Part shown: positions 1-7,859 of the stretch, piece by piece
Position numbering within the stretch: position 1 is the stretch's first letter
Layout: the number at the start of each line of letters is the position of its first letter
NCBI GenBank assembly: GCA_034429215.1
Contig: DAOUGI010000022.1
Coordinates: 7,132 to 31,131 of the forward strand
Reading direction: 5' to 3'
DNA length: 24,000 nucleotides
Source: Anaerolineae bacterium
GTDB lineage: Bacteria; Chloroflexota; Anaerolineae; JAAYZQ01
The notes under the pieces: model-generated
The model's database searches: none
The model's input: only the letters and a program-made list of their open reading frames with translations
Told to the model about the DNA's origin: nothing
Program-made: the position numbers and the translations under genes

Positions 1-1
1 G

Positions 2-2404
2 GAGCGAGTGGATACCCTTGATGCATTTGAAGCCGTCATTGACCGGCAGTGGGAAGTCATCGTTGCCGACTATGCCATGCCGCACTTTGGCGGGCTGGCT
101 GCCCTGAAACGGGTGCAAGGCATGGGCCTTGATGTGCCGTTCATCATCGTTTCCGGCACAATTGGAGAAGACAGCGCCGTAGCGGCCATGAAGGCCGGAG
201 CCCACGACTATGTCATGAAAGATAATCTGGCGCGCCTGGTTCCTACCGTGCAGCGCGAGCTGCGCGAGGCACAGTCGCGGCAGGCGCGTCGACGTGCAGA
301 GGAGCGGCTGCGCGAAAGCGAGGCTCGCTACCGGCAATCCGTAGAGAACTCGCCCAACCCCATCTTTTCGGTGAATAGAGAAGACACCGTCCAGATGTGG
401 AATCAGGCCTGCGAGCAGGTCTTTCAATACAAGGCAGAAGAGATCATTGGCAGGGCTTATCATCAACTCCTGTGGGACACACAAGAGCAGGCTGCGGTTG
501 ATGGCCTACTGGCCCAGGTCTGGCAAGGGCTGTCGGTAAATGAGCAGGAGATGCAGTATCGGTGCAGGGATGGAACACAGCGGTTCATGGTCACGCGCAT
601 CTACCCTGTCTGCGATCTAGAGGGGCAGGTGGAAGGATGCGTGTTTGCCAATACCGACATCACCAAGCGCAAGCGAGCTGAACGGTTGCTCCAGGCACTG
701 AACGTAGCATCCCTGGCGATGCAGAAAGCCACAACACCGCAAGAGGTACTCACTACAGCAGGGGAAGGGTTCAAAGAGCTGGGTTTCTCTTGCGCGATTT
801 TCTTCACCGACGAGAGGCAAAGCAGGCTATTTCCCGAGTATCTCAGTTACAACCCAAAAGCGGTCAAGCTCGCAGAAAAGTTGCTCGGTGTCAATGCTGA
901 AACCTTTTCCCTAGCTGTCGAAACAGCAGATGTGTGGAAAGAGTCGACATGGAAGGGAAAAACCGTCTTTGTGGATGGCGCTGAGGGGTCGCGGCAGGTA
1001 CTGCCCAAGCCCTTGAAAAAGTTTGCCGGCCAGCTCGCTCAGGTCTTGGGGATCCCCAGATCGGTAATCGCCCCCCTCATCTTGGAGGACAAGGCCATCG
1101 GATTGCTCTCTGTCCAATCAGACGATCTCACCAAAGACGACATGCCGGCCATCACTGCCTTCGCCCACCAGATGTCAGCTGCCTGGCGCAAGGCCTGCTT
1201 AATGGACGACCTGGAAACGAGCCTGGAGGAGCTGAAACGCACGCAAGCCCAGCTCTTGCAGGCACAAAAGATGGAAGCGATCGGACGGCTGGCCGGCGGG
1301 GTCGCTCACGACTTTAACAACATGCTGACCATCGTCCATCTCAGCACGCGGCTACTGAAGCGGCAATTGCACCCGGAAGATCCATTGCTGGAATATGTGC
1401 AGCAGATCGAAGAAGCCGGAGACCGGGCTACCGCGCTAACCAAACAGTTGCTCAGCTTTAGCCGCCGGGATGTCATCGAGCCCCATGTTGTCGATCTCAA
1501 CCAAGAGATCGGCAGATTGAGCCGGATGCTGCAGCGTGTCATCGGTGAAGACGTCGATCTGGTGACCATGCTGTCCGAGGATTTGTGGCCCGTCTATCTG
1601 GATCCGGCCCAGATCGATCAGGCGATCGTGAACTTGGCCATTAACGCCCGCGACGCCATGCCCAACGGAGGCCGCCTGACAATCGAGACAACCAACACAA
1701 TGCTCGATGGGACATCCGCTGTCCGCCAGGTAGGCCTACAACCAGGAGATTATGTACAGCTCACTGTGACAGATACAGGGGTGGGTATGGGCGACGAAGT
1801 CAAAGCCCACCTTTTTGAGCCATTCTTTACAACCAAGGAACGGGGCCAAGGCACCGGCTTGGGCTTGTCCACTGTGTTTGGCGTCATTAAACAGAGTGGC
1901 GGACACATCTGGATTGACAGCGAAGTGGGGCAAGGCACGACCGTCCAGATCTACTTGCCCCGCACTGACAAGGTCGAGTCCCCAGATTCGCTGCGCGCAA
2001 CGCCCGCCAGCGCACTCCGTGGCAGTGAAACAATCCTGGTGGTGGAGGACTATACTGGCGTTCGAGATCTGGCTACCCAGATCCTGACAACGCACGGCTA
2101 CCAGGTGCTTGCCGCCAAAAACGGCCCCGAAGCCCTACGGATCAGCCTGAGGCACGACCGTCCCATCCACCTGCTATTGACGGACATGGTCATGCCCGGA
2201 ATGAACGGCAAGGAGTTGGCTGAGCAGATTCAAGCCCAGCGACCCGGCATTCGGATCCTGTATATGTCGGGATACGACAATCGCCTGGTTGAAGCCCCTA
2301 CGGTCCTAGGCGCGGGCGTGGCTTTCTTGGCCAAGCCGCTCACCGTGGAGACCCTGACCGAGAAGGTGCGAGCAGTGCTGGACAGGCCCAGTGAGATAAT
2401 CTGA
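2..2404 (+). CDS. Hybrid sensor histidine kinase/response regulator (REC-PAS-GAF-like-HisKA-HATPase_c-REC); 5' end cut by window edge
   Basis: The frame is open to the window start, and the first residues (EVIVADYAMPHFGG...FIIVSG...AGAHDYVMK) are the middle of a receiver domain, so the GTG at 8 is not the true start. A coiled-coil plus PAS region follows (NPIFSVN...WNQACEQVF...RCRDGT). H-box GGVAHDFNNML. HATPase_c N/G boxes (NLAINARDAMPNGG, DTGVGM, GQGTGLGLS). C-terminal receiver (ILVVEDY...LLLTDMVMPGMNG...LAKP). Stop TGA at 2402-2404. Confidence 0.9.
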   Translation, partial: ERVDTLDAFEAVIDRQWEVIVADYAMPHFGGLAALKRVQGMGLDVPFIIVSGTIGEDSAVAAMKAGAHDYVMKDNLARLVPTVQRELREAQSRQARRRAEERLRESEARYRQSVENSPNPIFSVNREDTVQMWNQACEQVFQYKAEEIIGRAYHQLLWDTQEQAAVDGLLAQVWQGLSVNEQEMQYRCRDGTQRFMVTRIYPVCDLEGQVEGCVFANTDITKRKRAERLLQALNVASLAMQKATTPQEVLTTAGEGFKELGFSCAIFFTDERQSRLFPEYLSYNPKAVKLAEKLLGVNAETFSLAVETADVWKESTWKGKTVFVDGAEGSRQVLPKPLKKFAGQLAQVLGIPRSVIAPLILEDKAIGLLSVQSDDLTKDDMPAITAFAHQMSAAWRKACLMDDLETSLEELKRTQAQLLQAQKMEAIGRLAGGVAHDFNNMLTIVHLSTRLLKRQLHPEDPLLEYVQQIEEAGDRATALTKQLLSFSRRDVIEPHVVDLNQEIGRLSRMLQRVIGEDVDLVTMLSEDLWPVYLDPAQIDQAIVNLAINARDAMPNGGRLTIETTNTMLDGTSAVRQVGLQPGDYVQLTVTDTGVGMGDEVKAHLFEPFFTTKERGQGTGLGLSTVFGVIKQSGGHIWIDSEVGQGTTVQIYLPRTDKVESPDSLRATPASALRGSETILVVEDYTGVRDLATQILTTHGYQVLAAKNGPEALRISLRHDRPIHLLLTDMVMPGMNGKELAEQIQAQRPGIRILYMSGYDNRLVEAPTVLGAGVAFLAKPLTVETLTEKVRAVLDRPSEII

Positions 2405-2420
2405 GGATCCGGACTACGAT

Positions 2421-3347
2421 TCATGCCAAGGCGTCTCGCAACGCCCCTTCAAGCTCGGGAAAATGGAACTGGAACCCCATGTCAAGAAGGTGGCGCGGCA
2501 CACCCCGCTGCCCGGTAAGCAACAGATCGGCCACTTCCCCAAACATTGCCTTCATCATCAAGCCCGGCACAGGCAGCCAGGCAGGCCTGCCCAGGACCCG
2601 CCCAAGGGCACGCGCGAATTGAGCATTGGTCACCGCCTGGGGTGCCACAAGGTTGAACAGCCCAGAGGCAGACTCGTTCTCGATCAGAAAACGGATCGCC
2701 CTGGCTTCATCCTTGAGGTGGATCCACGACATCCACTGCTTGCCGCTTCCGATAGGCCCGCCGGCGAACAGGCGAAACTGCAAGATCATCGGCCGCAGGG
2801 CGCCATGTGCCTTGTCGAGCACAACCCCGGTCCGCACAATGGCCCGCCGGACACCCATCGCCTCGACAGGCGCCGTGGAAGGCTCCCAGTCGTGCGCGGC
2901 AAAGCTGGCCAAAAAGTCTTGGCCTATCGGGCCATCCTCGGCAATTAGGTCATCGCCACGGGGGCCATACACCCCGACTCCCGATGCCTGTATCACAACG
3001 CGTGGCTTGCGGGTCACCTGCCTGACGGCGTCGACCACCGCCTGCCCCGCATTCAGCCGGCTTTCACGGATGATCCGTTTCCGCCCATCGGTCCATCGGC
3101 TGGGAAAAAGCCCTTCGCCCGAGATGTTCGCCCCGGCTAGGTTGACAATGGCGTCGGCGCCGTCGGCCAGCGCGGCCCACCCATCGCCGCTACGCCCGTT
3201 CCAGCGTTCAGCCCTCACCCCAGCAGGCAATCCTTTGACCTGCTCCGGTGCACGGCTCAAGACGATGACTTTATGGCCGTCCCTGGCTAGATCAGCAGAC
3301 AACGCTCCGCCGATGAGTCCGGTCCCCCCCGTGATAATGACGCGCAT
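2421..3347 (-). CDS. TIGR01777/YfcH-like atypical SDR (NAD-dependent epimerase/dehydratase fold with DUF1731-type C-terminus)
   Basis: N-terminal Rossmann motif MRVIITGGTGLIGGAL...GHKVIVLSR. C-terminal LLLTGQRGVPRHLLDMGFQFHFPELEGALRDAL is typical of the YfcH/DUF1731 tail. SD GGAGG lies 7 nt upstream of ATG 3347. Last gene of the heliorhodopsin operon. Confidence 0.8.
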   Translation of the reverse strand: MRVIITGGTGLIGGALSADLARDGHKVIVLSRAPEQVKGLPAGVRAERWNGRSGDGWAALADGADAIVNLAGANISGEGLFPSRWTDGRKRIIRESRLNAGQAVVDAVRQVTRKPRVVIQASGVGVYGPRGDDLIAEDGPIGQDFLASFAAHDWEPSTAPVEAMGVRRAIVRTGVVLDKAHGALRPMILQFRLFAGGPIGSGKQWMSWIHLKDEARAIRFLIENESASGLFNLVAPQAVTNAQFARALGRVLGRPAWLPVPGLMMKAMFGEVADLLLTGQRGVPRHLLDMGFQFHFPELEGALRDALA

Positions 3348-3394
3348 GTGATGACCTCCAGGTTCCTCTAGTCCAGGCTATCCACCTGGTCCGG

Positions 3395-4699
3395 CTATTG
3401 GCTGCCGGTGGCCTTTTGCAGCCAGGTGAGAATCAGGTCGCCGCGCCGGTCGAGCTCCCCCTCGGCAGCCACGCGGTAGGCGTGCAGGTAACGGGCCAGG
3501 GTGCCTTCCGGCACGCCCGCTCGGGCGAGCCTCTCCTCAGCATCAGCGATGTTGAAATCGAGAAAAATCACGTCCCCCAGGGCGAGCGCCGCCTCCAGGT
3601 GTGATGCAAACTCTTCGTTGGCGTGGGCCAGGTGCCACAAAGAAAGGCCGATCTCCCCGGCGGTCTGGCTCATCCTTGATTCAATCGATCCGCGCCGCTC
3701 GCGGAAATGCTCCAGGGCCGCGCGAGGCTCCACCGGGATCGGCTCGCCTTCTGGCGCACGGGGAGGGAATGGCATCAGCGAGTCCACCGCGTCGGCTGCC
3801 GTCGTCAGGCTTTCACCAAGGAAATGGCCGGAAATCCGGGACCGGATGGCCGGAAGCGAATGGAATATTCCTCCCCCATAGCCGATCGGCGTATGGTCCT
3901 GTAGTGCATGGGTCGTCTCGAGCAGGGTTGCCGCCGAGGGCAGCCGCATCGCGGTCAGGATTGACAGGCTTGGCCGGACGGCCGCGACGGTAGCTTCCAG
4001 TTGCTCCACCGGCACGTTCGCCCCGAGGTACACAACCGCCCATCCACGGCGGCGCAGCAGGAAGGTCAACAGCAACAGGCCAAAGACATGGTACTCCTGC
4101 GGTGGGCAGGCAGCTAGGATCTGGCCCGGCCGCGTGGCAGGGGAGGCAGCCATGAGCAACGACTCTAGTTGGCGGATGGCCAGCTCTGACACAAAGTGCT
4201 CCTGCTGCACTGTAGCAGCGCCCTGCTGCCAAAGAACGCCCACCTCTGCCAGGGCCCACCGCAGCAATTCAAGGCAGACGGTTTCTGGAGGGTAGAGCGC
4301 AAATGCCTGCGCCGCCGCCTGCTCAGCCCACTGCTCGTCATAGGCCAAGCAGGCCGCGAGCCATTCGTGCCGCAGCTCGTCCAGCGTGCCACCCACGAGC
4401 CCTAGCTTGACCACCGGAGTGGCTGGCAGCGCAAACGGCAGCGCATCGCTTCCGCCGGCCTCGATCCGGCGCCACAGGTCGACGGCCCGGCTGATGCTCA
4501 GTCCTTCTCGCAGGCGAGCCACCAGCCAGTTCAGCGCCTCAATGTCGTGCTGGGTGTAGAGGCGATGCCCGCCGCCGCTCCGGGTGGGAGACGGCACCCC
4601 ATAGCGACGCTCCCAAGCACGCAGAGCATCGGCCTTTAGGCCTGTCTGCTTCAGGACGGCCTTTAGGTTGAACAGGGGTCCTTCACTCTCAGCACTCAT
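3395..4699 (-). CDS. CarH/LitR-type light-responsive transcriptional regulator (MerR HTH + B12-binding module) with an extra C-terminal domain of about 130 aa
   Basis: MerR HTH: FNLKAVLKQTGLKADALRAWERRYGVPSPTRSGGGHRLYTQHDIEALNWL. Four-helix-bundle signature W-x9-EH (LWQQGAATVQQEHF). Lower-axial-ligand motif ExHxxG (PPQEYHVFGLLL), then SxL (SILT) and GGG of the Rossmann B12-binding fold. It continues about 130 aa beyond where CarH normally ends. AGGA lies upstream of ATG 4699, 13 nt after the DUF1295 stop. Confidence 0.8.
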   Translation of the reverse strand: MSAESEGPLFNLKAVLKQTGLKADALRAWERRYGVPSPTRSGGGHRLYTQHDIEALNWLVARLREGLSISRAVDLWRRIEAGGSDALPFALPATPVVKLGLVGGTLDELRHEWLAACLAYDEQWAEQAAAQAFALYPPETVCLELLRWALAEVGVLWQQGAATVQQEHFVSELAIRQLESLLMAASPATRPGQILAACPPQEYHVFGLLLLTFLLRRRGWAVVYLGANVPVEQLEATVAAVRPSLSILTAMRLPSAATLLETTHALQDHTPIGYGGGIFHSLPAIRSRISGHFLGESLTTAADAVDSLMPFPPRAPEGEPIPVEPRAALEHFRERRGSIESRMSQTAGEIGLSLWHLAHANEEFASHLEAALALGDVIFLDFNIADAEERLARAGVPEGTLARYLHAYRVAAEGELDRRGDLILTWLQKATGSQ

Positions 4700-4712
4700 T
4701 TTTCCTGCACAC

Positions 4713-5501
4713 TCAGCGCCGTTTCTTGGGGAACCAGGGCAAAAAAGCGCTTGTACTCTCGATATACTCGCGGTAGCCTGGCTTGGTCGTCGTCAAGGTT
4801 TTTTCCAACAAAGCCACTCCCGAAACCCGGAGCAGCATGAGCGTCATCAGGATTGGGCTCCAGATCGTCCAGAACCCACCCGCCGCCGCGGCGATGAGAT
4901 AATATCCCCACCACTGGGCCGCGTCGCCAAAGTAGTTTGGATGGCGGCTGTAGCGCCATACGCCGCTGTCCAGCACCTTTCCCTTGTTCGCCGGATTGGC
5001 CTTGAACCGGGTGAGCTGCAAATCTCCCACAGACTCAAAAAAGAACCCAATGGCCCACACCACAGCGCCCAGCAGGTCCACCACGGTCAGGCGGTCGGGT
5101 GTCGGGCTGATCTGAGCGGCCAGAAGCGGCGCCGAGATGATCCACAACAACACGCCCTGCAGCATAAAGACGCGAAAGAAGCTCTGCCACCACCAGCGGG
5201 TCCCGAACTCCTCTCGCCACTTGCGATAGCGAAAGTCTTCTCCCGCGCCCCAATTGCGGCGCAAAAGGTGAATCGACAGGCGCAGCCCCCAGATTGTGAC
5301 CAAAATGGCGATCAGCCACTTGCGCGCCGGGAACCCGTCGGGCGTCAGGGCAAAATAGAGCCAGTTGGCAATGACAAAACCGGTCCCCCAATAGGGATCG
5401 ACAATGCTCGAGTTGCGCAAAACCAGGCTGAGGCCCCACAACAGAGCCATGAGCCCCAACGTCACGCCCAGGCCGATGAGATACGCTTCCAGAAATGTCA
5501 T
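4713..5501 (-). CDS. DUF1295 family polytopic membrane protein (steroid 5-alpha-reductase / ICMT-like superfamily)
   Basis: Multi-TM hydrophobic profile. Hallmark C-terminal motif WRYSRHPNYFGDAAQWWGYYLIA. SD GGAGGT lies 6 nt upstream of ATG 5501. Confidence 0.8.
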   Translation of the reverse strand: MTFLEAYLIGLGVTLGLMALLWGLSLVLRNSSIVDPYWGTGFVIANWLYFALTPDGFPARKWLIAILVTIWGLRLSIHLLRRNWGAGEDFRYRKWREEFGTRWWWQSFFRVFMLQGVLLWIISAPLLAAQISPTPDRLTVVDLLGAVVWAIGFFFESVGDLQLTRFKANPANKGKVLDSGVWRYSRHPNYFGDAAQWWGYYLIAAAAGGFWTIWSPILMTLMLLRVSGVALLEKTLTTTKPGYREYIESTSAFLPWFPKKRR

Positions 5502-5521
5502 CTCTTTACCTCCATCAGGTG

Positions 5522-6364
5522 CTAGCTTTTCGCTTGTATGGCCACAAAACCCGCTGCCCTGGGGCCGATGTGGGTGCCGATAACCGGTGTCACTTCGGCA
5601 ACCATCGGCTCTTCGGCATCAGGAAACAGATGCAAGGCCTTCTGATGGAGAAACTCTGCCTTGTCAGGCGCATGGGTGTGAACCAGGGTCAGCTTTTCAA
5701 AAGGCGCCAATTGGGTTACAAGCTCCATCAGCCGGGCAGAAGCGCCATTCCGCGTGCGCACACGCTCCATCTCAAACTCGCCGCGGTGCATCTTGAGCAA
5801 GGGTTTGATCTGAAGCACAGATCCCAGGCTGGATTGGAAACGGCTCAGACGGCCGCTGCGCCGCAGAAATTCCAGGGTGTCCAGGGCGGCGATGCAATGG
5901 GTGCGGGACGCCTGGTCCTCAATGGCTGCCATAATATCGCTCATGGGCTGACCCTCGGCCGCCGCCTTGGCCGCGGTGACGGCCAACAGGCCGGTGCCCA
6001 GGGTTAACTGGCCCGAGTCGAATACGGTAACCGGCACCCTCTTTACCTCTTCTGCCGCCAGGCGCGCCACGGCCATCATGGCGCTCAGGCCGCTGCCGAT
6101 GTGGATCGAGAGGATCTCGGTAGCCCCGGCCTGCGCAAGGTTCTCATAAACCTGAACAAACTGCCCAGGGCCCGGAACTGAAGTGGTGGGGTGCGCTTCG
6201 AAATGGGGCAAGCCCTCGTAAAACTCCTCATGCGACATCTCGACGCCGTCCAGATAGCTCTTCTTGCCAATGTTGATGTACAAAGGCACGACGGTTATGC
6301 CATACTCGGCCACCATATCCTCGGGCAAATCACAATTACTGTCAGTTACGATCTTGATGCCCAT
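5522..6364 (-). CDS. DegV family fatty-acid-binding protein (FakB-like)
   Basis: Canonical DegV N-terminus IKIVTDSNCDLPEDMVAEYGITVVPLYINIGKKSYLDGVEMSHEEFYEGL. Length 280 aa is typical. SD GAGGGAG lies upstream of ATG 6364. Confidence 0.85.
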   Translation of the reverse strand: MGIKIVTDSNCDLPEDMVAEYGITVVPLYINIGKKSYLDGVEMSHEEFYEGLPHFEAHPTTSVPGPGQFVQVYENLAQAGATEILSIHIGSGLSAMMAVARLAAEEVKRVPVTVFDSGQLTLGTGLLAVTAAKAAAEGQPMSDIMAAIEDQASRTHCIAALDTLEFLRRSGRLSRFQSSLGSVLQIKPLLKMHRGEFEMERVRTRNGASARLMELVTQLAPFEKLTLVHTHAPDKAEFLHQKALHLFPDAEEPMVAEVTPVIGTHIGPRAAGFVAIQAKS

Positions 6365-6393
6365 TCCCTTACTCCCTCTTGACTAATAAGGAT

Positions 6394-6858
6394 CTACAAT
6401 CGGTAGTCGGCCGGGGTTCCCCAACGCTCTGTCTTGTGGTAACGACGGTTGGTCGATTGAAAATGGATCCAAATTGGCACCCGATCCAGCTCCGGCCTGG
6501 CCTCAAATAGGCCTCTGTCGCCCATACGAAGCGCCTCGATCGCCAGTGGAAGCTCGTGCCGGAAAATCCTGTCACGCATGCCAGCAGCGCCAAAAGCCAG
6601 CCCTCCGCTGACGTGGCAAAAGATGTGCAGCGCCGGTCCATCCTCGCCCTCCTGCCACTCAGCCAGCACCTCATCGCGCATCAAACGGGTGTACCAGCCC
6701 GAGATCTGTTCGCGATCCACTTCGGGCGCAATGGTCAAGAACAGCTCGCCCGTTGTGTCAGAGTGGGTTAGGGTGTAGCGCCTGGGGTTAAGCGGGCCAT
6801 CAGTTGTGGTACCCACCGCGAACTGGACGTGCAGCTTTTCCGGACTGAGACGACTCAT
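6394..6858 (-). CDS. Staygreen (SGR) family protein, bacterial homolog of chlorophyll Mg-dechelatase
   Basis: Colinear by eye with the plant SGR core. This ORF has PRRYTLTHSDTTGELFLTI, GWYTRLMRDEVLAEW, LHIFCHVSGG, IFRHELPLAIEAL, VPIWIHFQS and ERWGTP. Plant SGR has PRTYTLTHSDITSKLTLAI, GWYNRLQRDEVVAEW, LHVHCHISGG, IFCKELPVVLKAF and VWVYFHS. The THSD and RDE acidic/His motifs are intact. SD GGGAGAAG lies upstream of ATG 6858. Confidence 0.85.
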   Translation of the reverse strand: MSRLSPEKLHVQFAVGTTTDGPLNPRRYTLTHSDTTGELFLTIAPEVDREQISGWYTRLMRDEVLAEWQEGEDGPALHIFCHVSGGLAFGAAGMRDRIFRHELPLAIEALRMGDRGLFEARPELDRVPIWIHFQSTNRRYHKTERWGTPADYRL

Positions 6859-6869
6859 AGCTTCTCCCA

Positions 6870-6902
6870 GCCCCCACGCCGGGTGTCGTCCGGCGTGGGG
6901 GC
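6870..6902 (-). promoter_or_regulatory. Intercistronic GC-rich stem-loop between heliorhodopsin and SGR genes (13-bp perfect stem, 7-nt loop, no U-tract)
   Basis: 6870-6882 (GCCCCCACGCCGG) is the exact reverse complement of 6890-6902 (CCGGCGTGGGGGC). The loop is GTGTCGT. On the mRNA strand the stem ends 1 nt before the SGR SD (GGGAGAAG) and starts 25 nt after the heliorhodopsin stop. Confidence 0.7.
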
Positions 6903-6927
6903 GCTTGGTGATCGCAGCGATAGGGGC

Positions 6928-7752
6928 CTAGACGGGAGCCAGCGTCCCGGCAAAGATCATCCAGGCCAGTGCAGTCTTGGCCGCCAGGCTGAGGATGATG
7001 TACACCCGCTCGCCGAACAGGTAATCTTTCCAGCGGCCGACCTTCTTGTATTGCAGGAACATGTTCACGGCAAAGATATTAAAGAATACAAAGATCGTGG
7101 GGATGATGGCATACACAAAGGCGGGCGGCTTGGCATCCCCAGACGACAATGCGCTCAGGAAGTACATCACAATCACCACCCACGGAATAATCCCCGCGAT
7201 ACAGCCATAGATGAACGAGGTCCAGTCGGTCTTTTTCGTCGTCTGGTTGTGCAGCTCCATGATCATGCCAAACAGGTTCATCATGGCGTTAATGCCAAAC
7301 ATCACGATCATAGTGCCCAGGTCCCACACGCCGACCAGCATGCCGATCAACACGATCATCAGCGAAGAGCTGAGGGCATACTCGTAAAAGCGCGCCGGGT
7401 TCATGCCCACCTTGAGATGCTTTACGTACCACTTGTAGCCAAAGGTGGCCAGGGACAAGTGGGCTACTGCAGAGATCAACAGAAACAAGGCAACCGCCGG
7501 GCCGAATCGCAGGTCAAAGGCCAGCTTTGGATCCGGCACTAGGGCACGAGCGGCCATGTCGAACTTTAAAAAGTTGGTATAGATCGGATAGGTCGTGTCA
7601 TTGCTGAGCACGATCATCAGGATGCCCTGGATCAGGTGCAGGAACCCCATCACCAGGTTAAAGCGGCGCAGACCTTGGTAGGTCTTTTCGGGTACGTCCG
7701 GCGTCTTGGTCATGACAACAGATTTGGGCGCGGCTTTGGATTTCGCAGGCAT
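6928..7752 (-). CDS. Heliorhodopsin (retinal-binding 7-TM photoreceptor, inverted topology)
   Basis: Alignable by eye along its full length to heliorhodopsin 48C12. Conserved blocks: GFLHLIQ (TM1 His), ALFLLISAVAHLS (TM2 His), RFYEYALSSSLMIVLIG (counterion Glu), GCIAGIIPW, AFVYAIIPTIFVFFNIFA, QYKKVGRWKDYLFGERVYIILSLAAKTALAWMIFAGTL (Schiff-base Lys in SLAAK). Lys-rich N-terminus. I prefer ATG 7752 (SD AAGGAGA 8 nt upstream) over the TTG at 7812 given in the ORF track. Confidence 0.92.
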   Translation of the reverse strand: MPAKSKAAPKSVVMTKTPDVPEKTYQGLRRFNLVMGFLHLIQGILMIVLSNDTTYPIYTNFLKFDMAARALVPDPKLAFDLRFGPAVALFLLISAVAHLSLATFGYKWYVKHLKVGMNPARFYEYALSSSLMIVLIGMLVGVWDLGTMIVMFGINAMMNLFGMIMELHNQTTKKTDWTSFIYGCIAGIIPWVVIVMYFLSALSSGDAKPPAFVYAIIPTIFVFFNIFAVNMFLQYKKVGRWKDYLFGERVYIILSLAAKTALAWMIFAGTLAPV

Positions 7753-7830
7753 GATACTTTTCTCCTTGTCTTGTAGTTGGATTAGAATGTCCTTATGGTG
7801 CGGGCGCTGCAATTCCCACTACCGATAGAG

Positions 7831-7859
7831 ATTTTACCACAAGCCTGACGTTTTGTCAA
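7831..7859 (-). promoter_or_regulatory. Predicted sigma-70-type promoter of the heliorhodopsin operon
   Basis: Read on the minus strand: TTGACA (7859-7854), a 17-nt spacer, then TAAAAT (7836-7831) preceded directly by TGG (extended -10 TGn). It lies in the only AT-rich stretch of this region. The predicted leader to ATG 7752 is about 70 nt. Confidence 0.65.

Noticed and set aside
300-700. Whether the PAS domain of the hybrid kinase is a LOV-type blue-light sensor that would tie the kinase to the adjacent light operon.
   Set aside because: The region lacks the flavin-adduct Cys motif (GxNCRFLQ). The kinase is convergent with the operon rather than co-transcribed. There is no sequence support for a link.
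2405-2420. Terminator between the convergent kinase and SDR genes.
   Set aside because: The spacer is only 16 bp with no dyad symmetry. Nothing can be supported from the sequence.
7753-7812. The extended heliorhodopsin N-terminus from the ORF-track start at 7812 (MQRPHHKDILIQLQDKEKSI...).
   Set aside because: That start is a TTG with no SD. It lies only about 12 nt from the predicted transcription start. The added residues have no counterpart in heliorhodopsins. ATG 7752 has a strong AAGGAGA SD at ideal spacing.
7753-7830. Possible cobalamin riboswitch in the heliorhodopsin leader, given the B12 theme.
   Set aside because: The predicted leader is only about 70 nt, far shorter than a cobalamin riboswitch. 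I see no B12-box-like element or extensive pairing in it.
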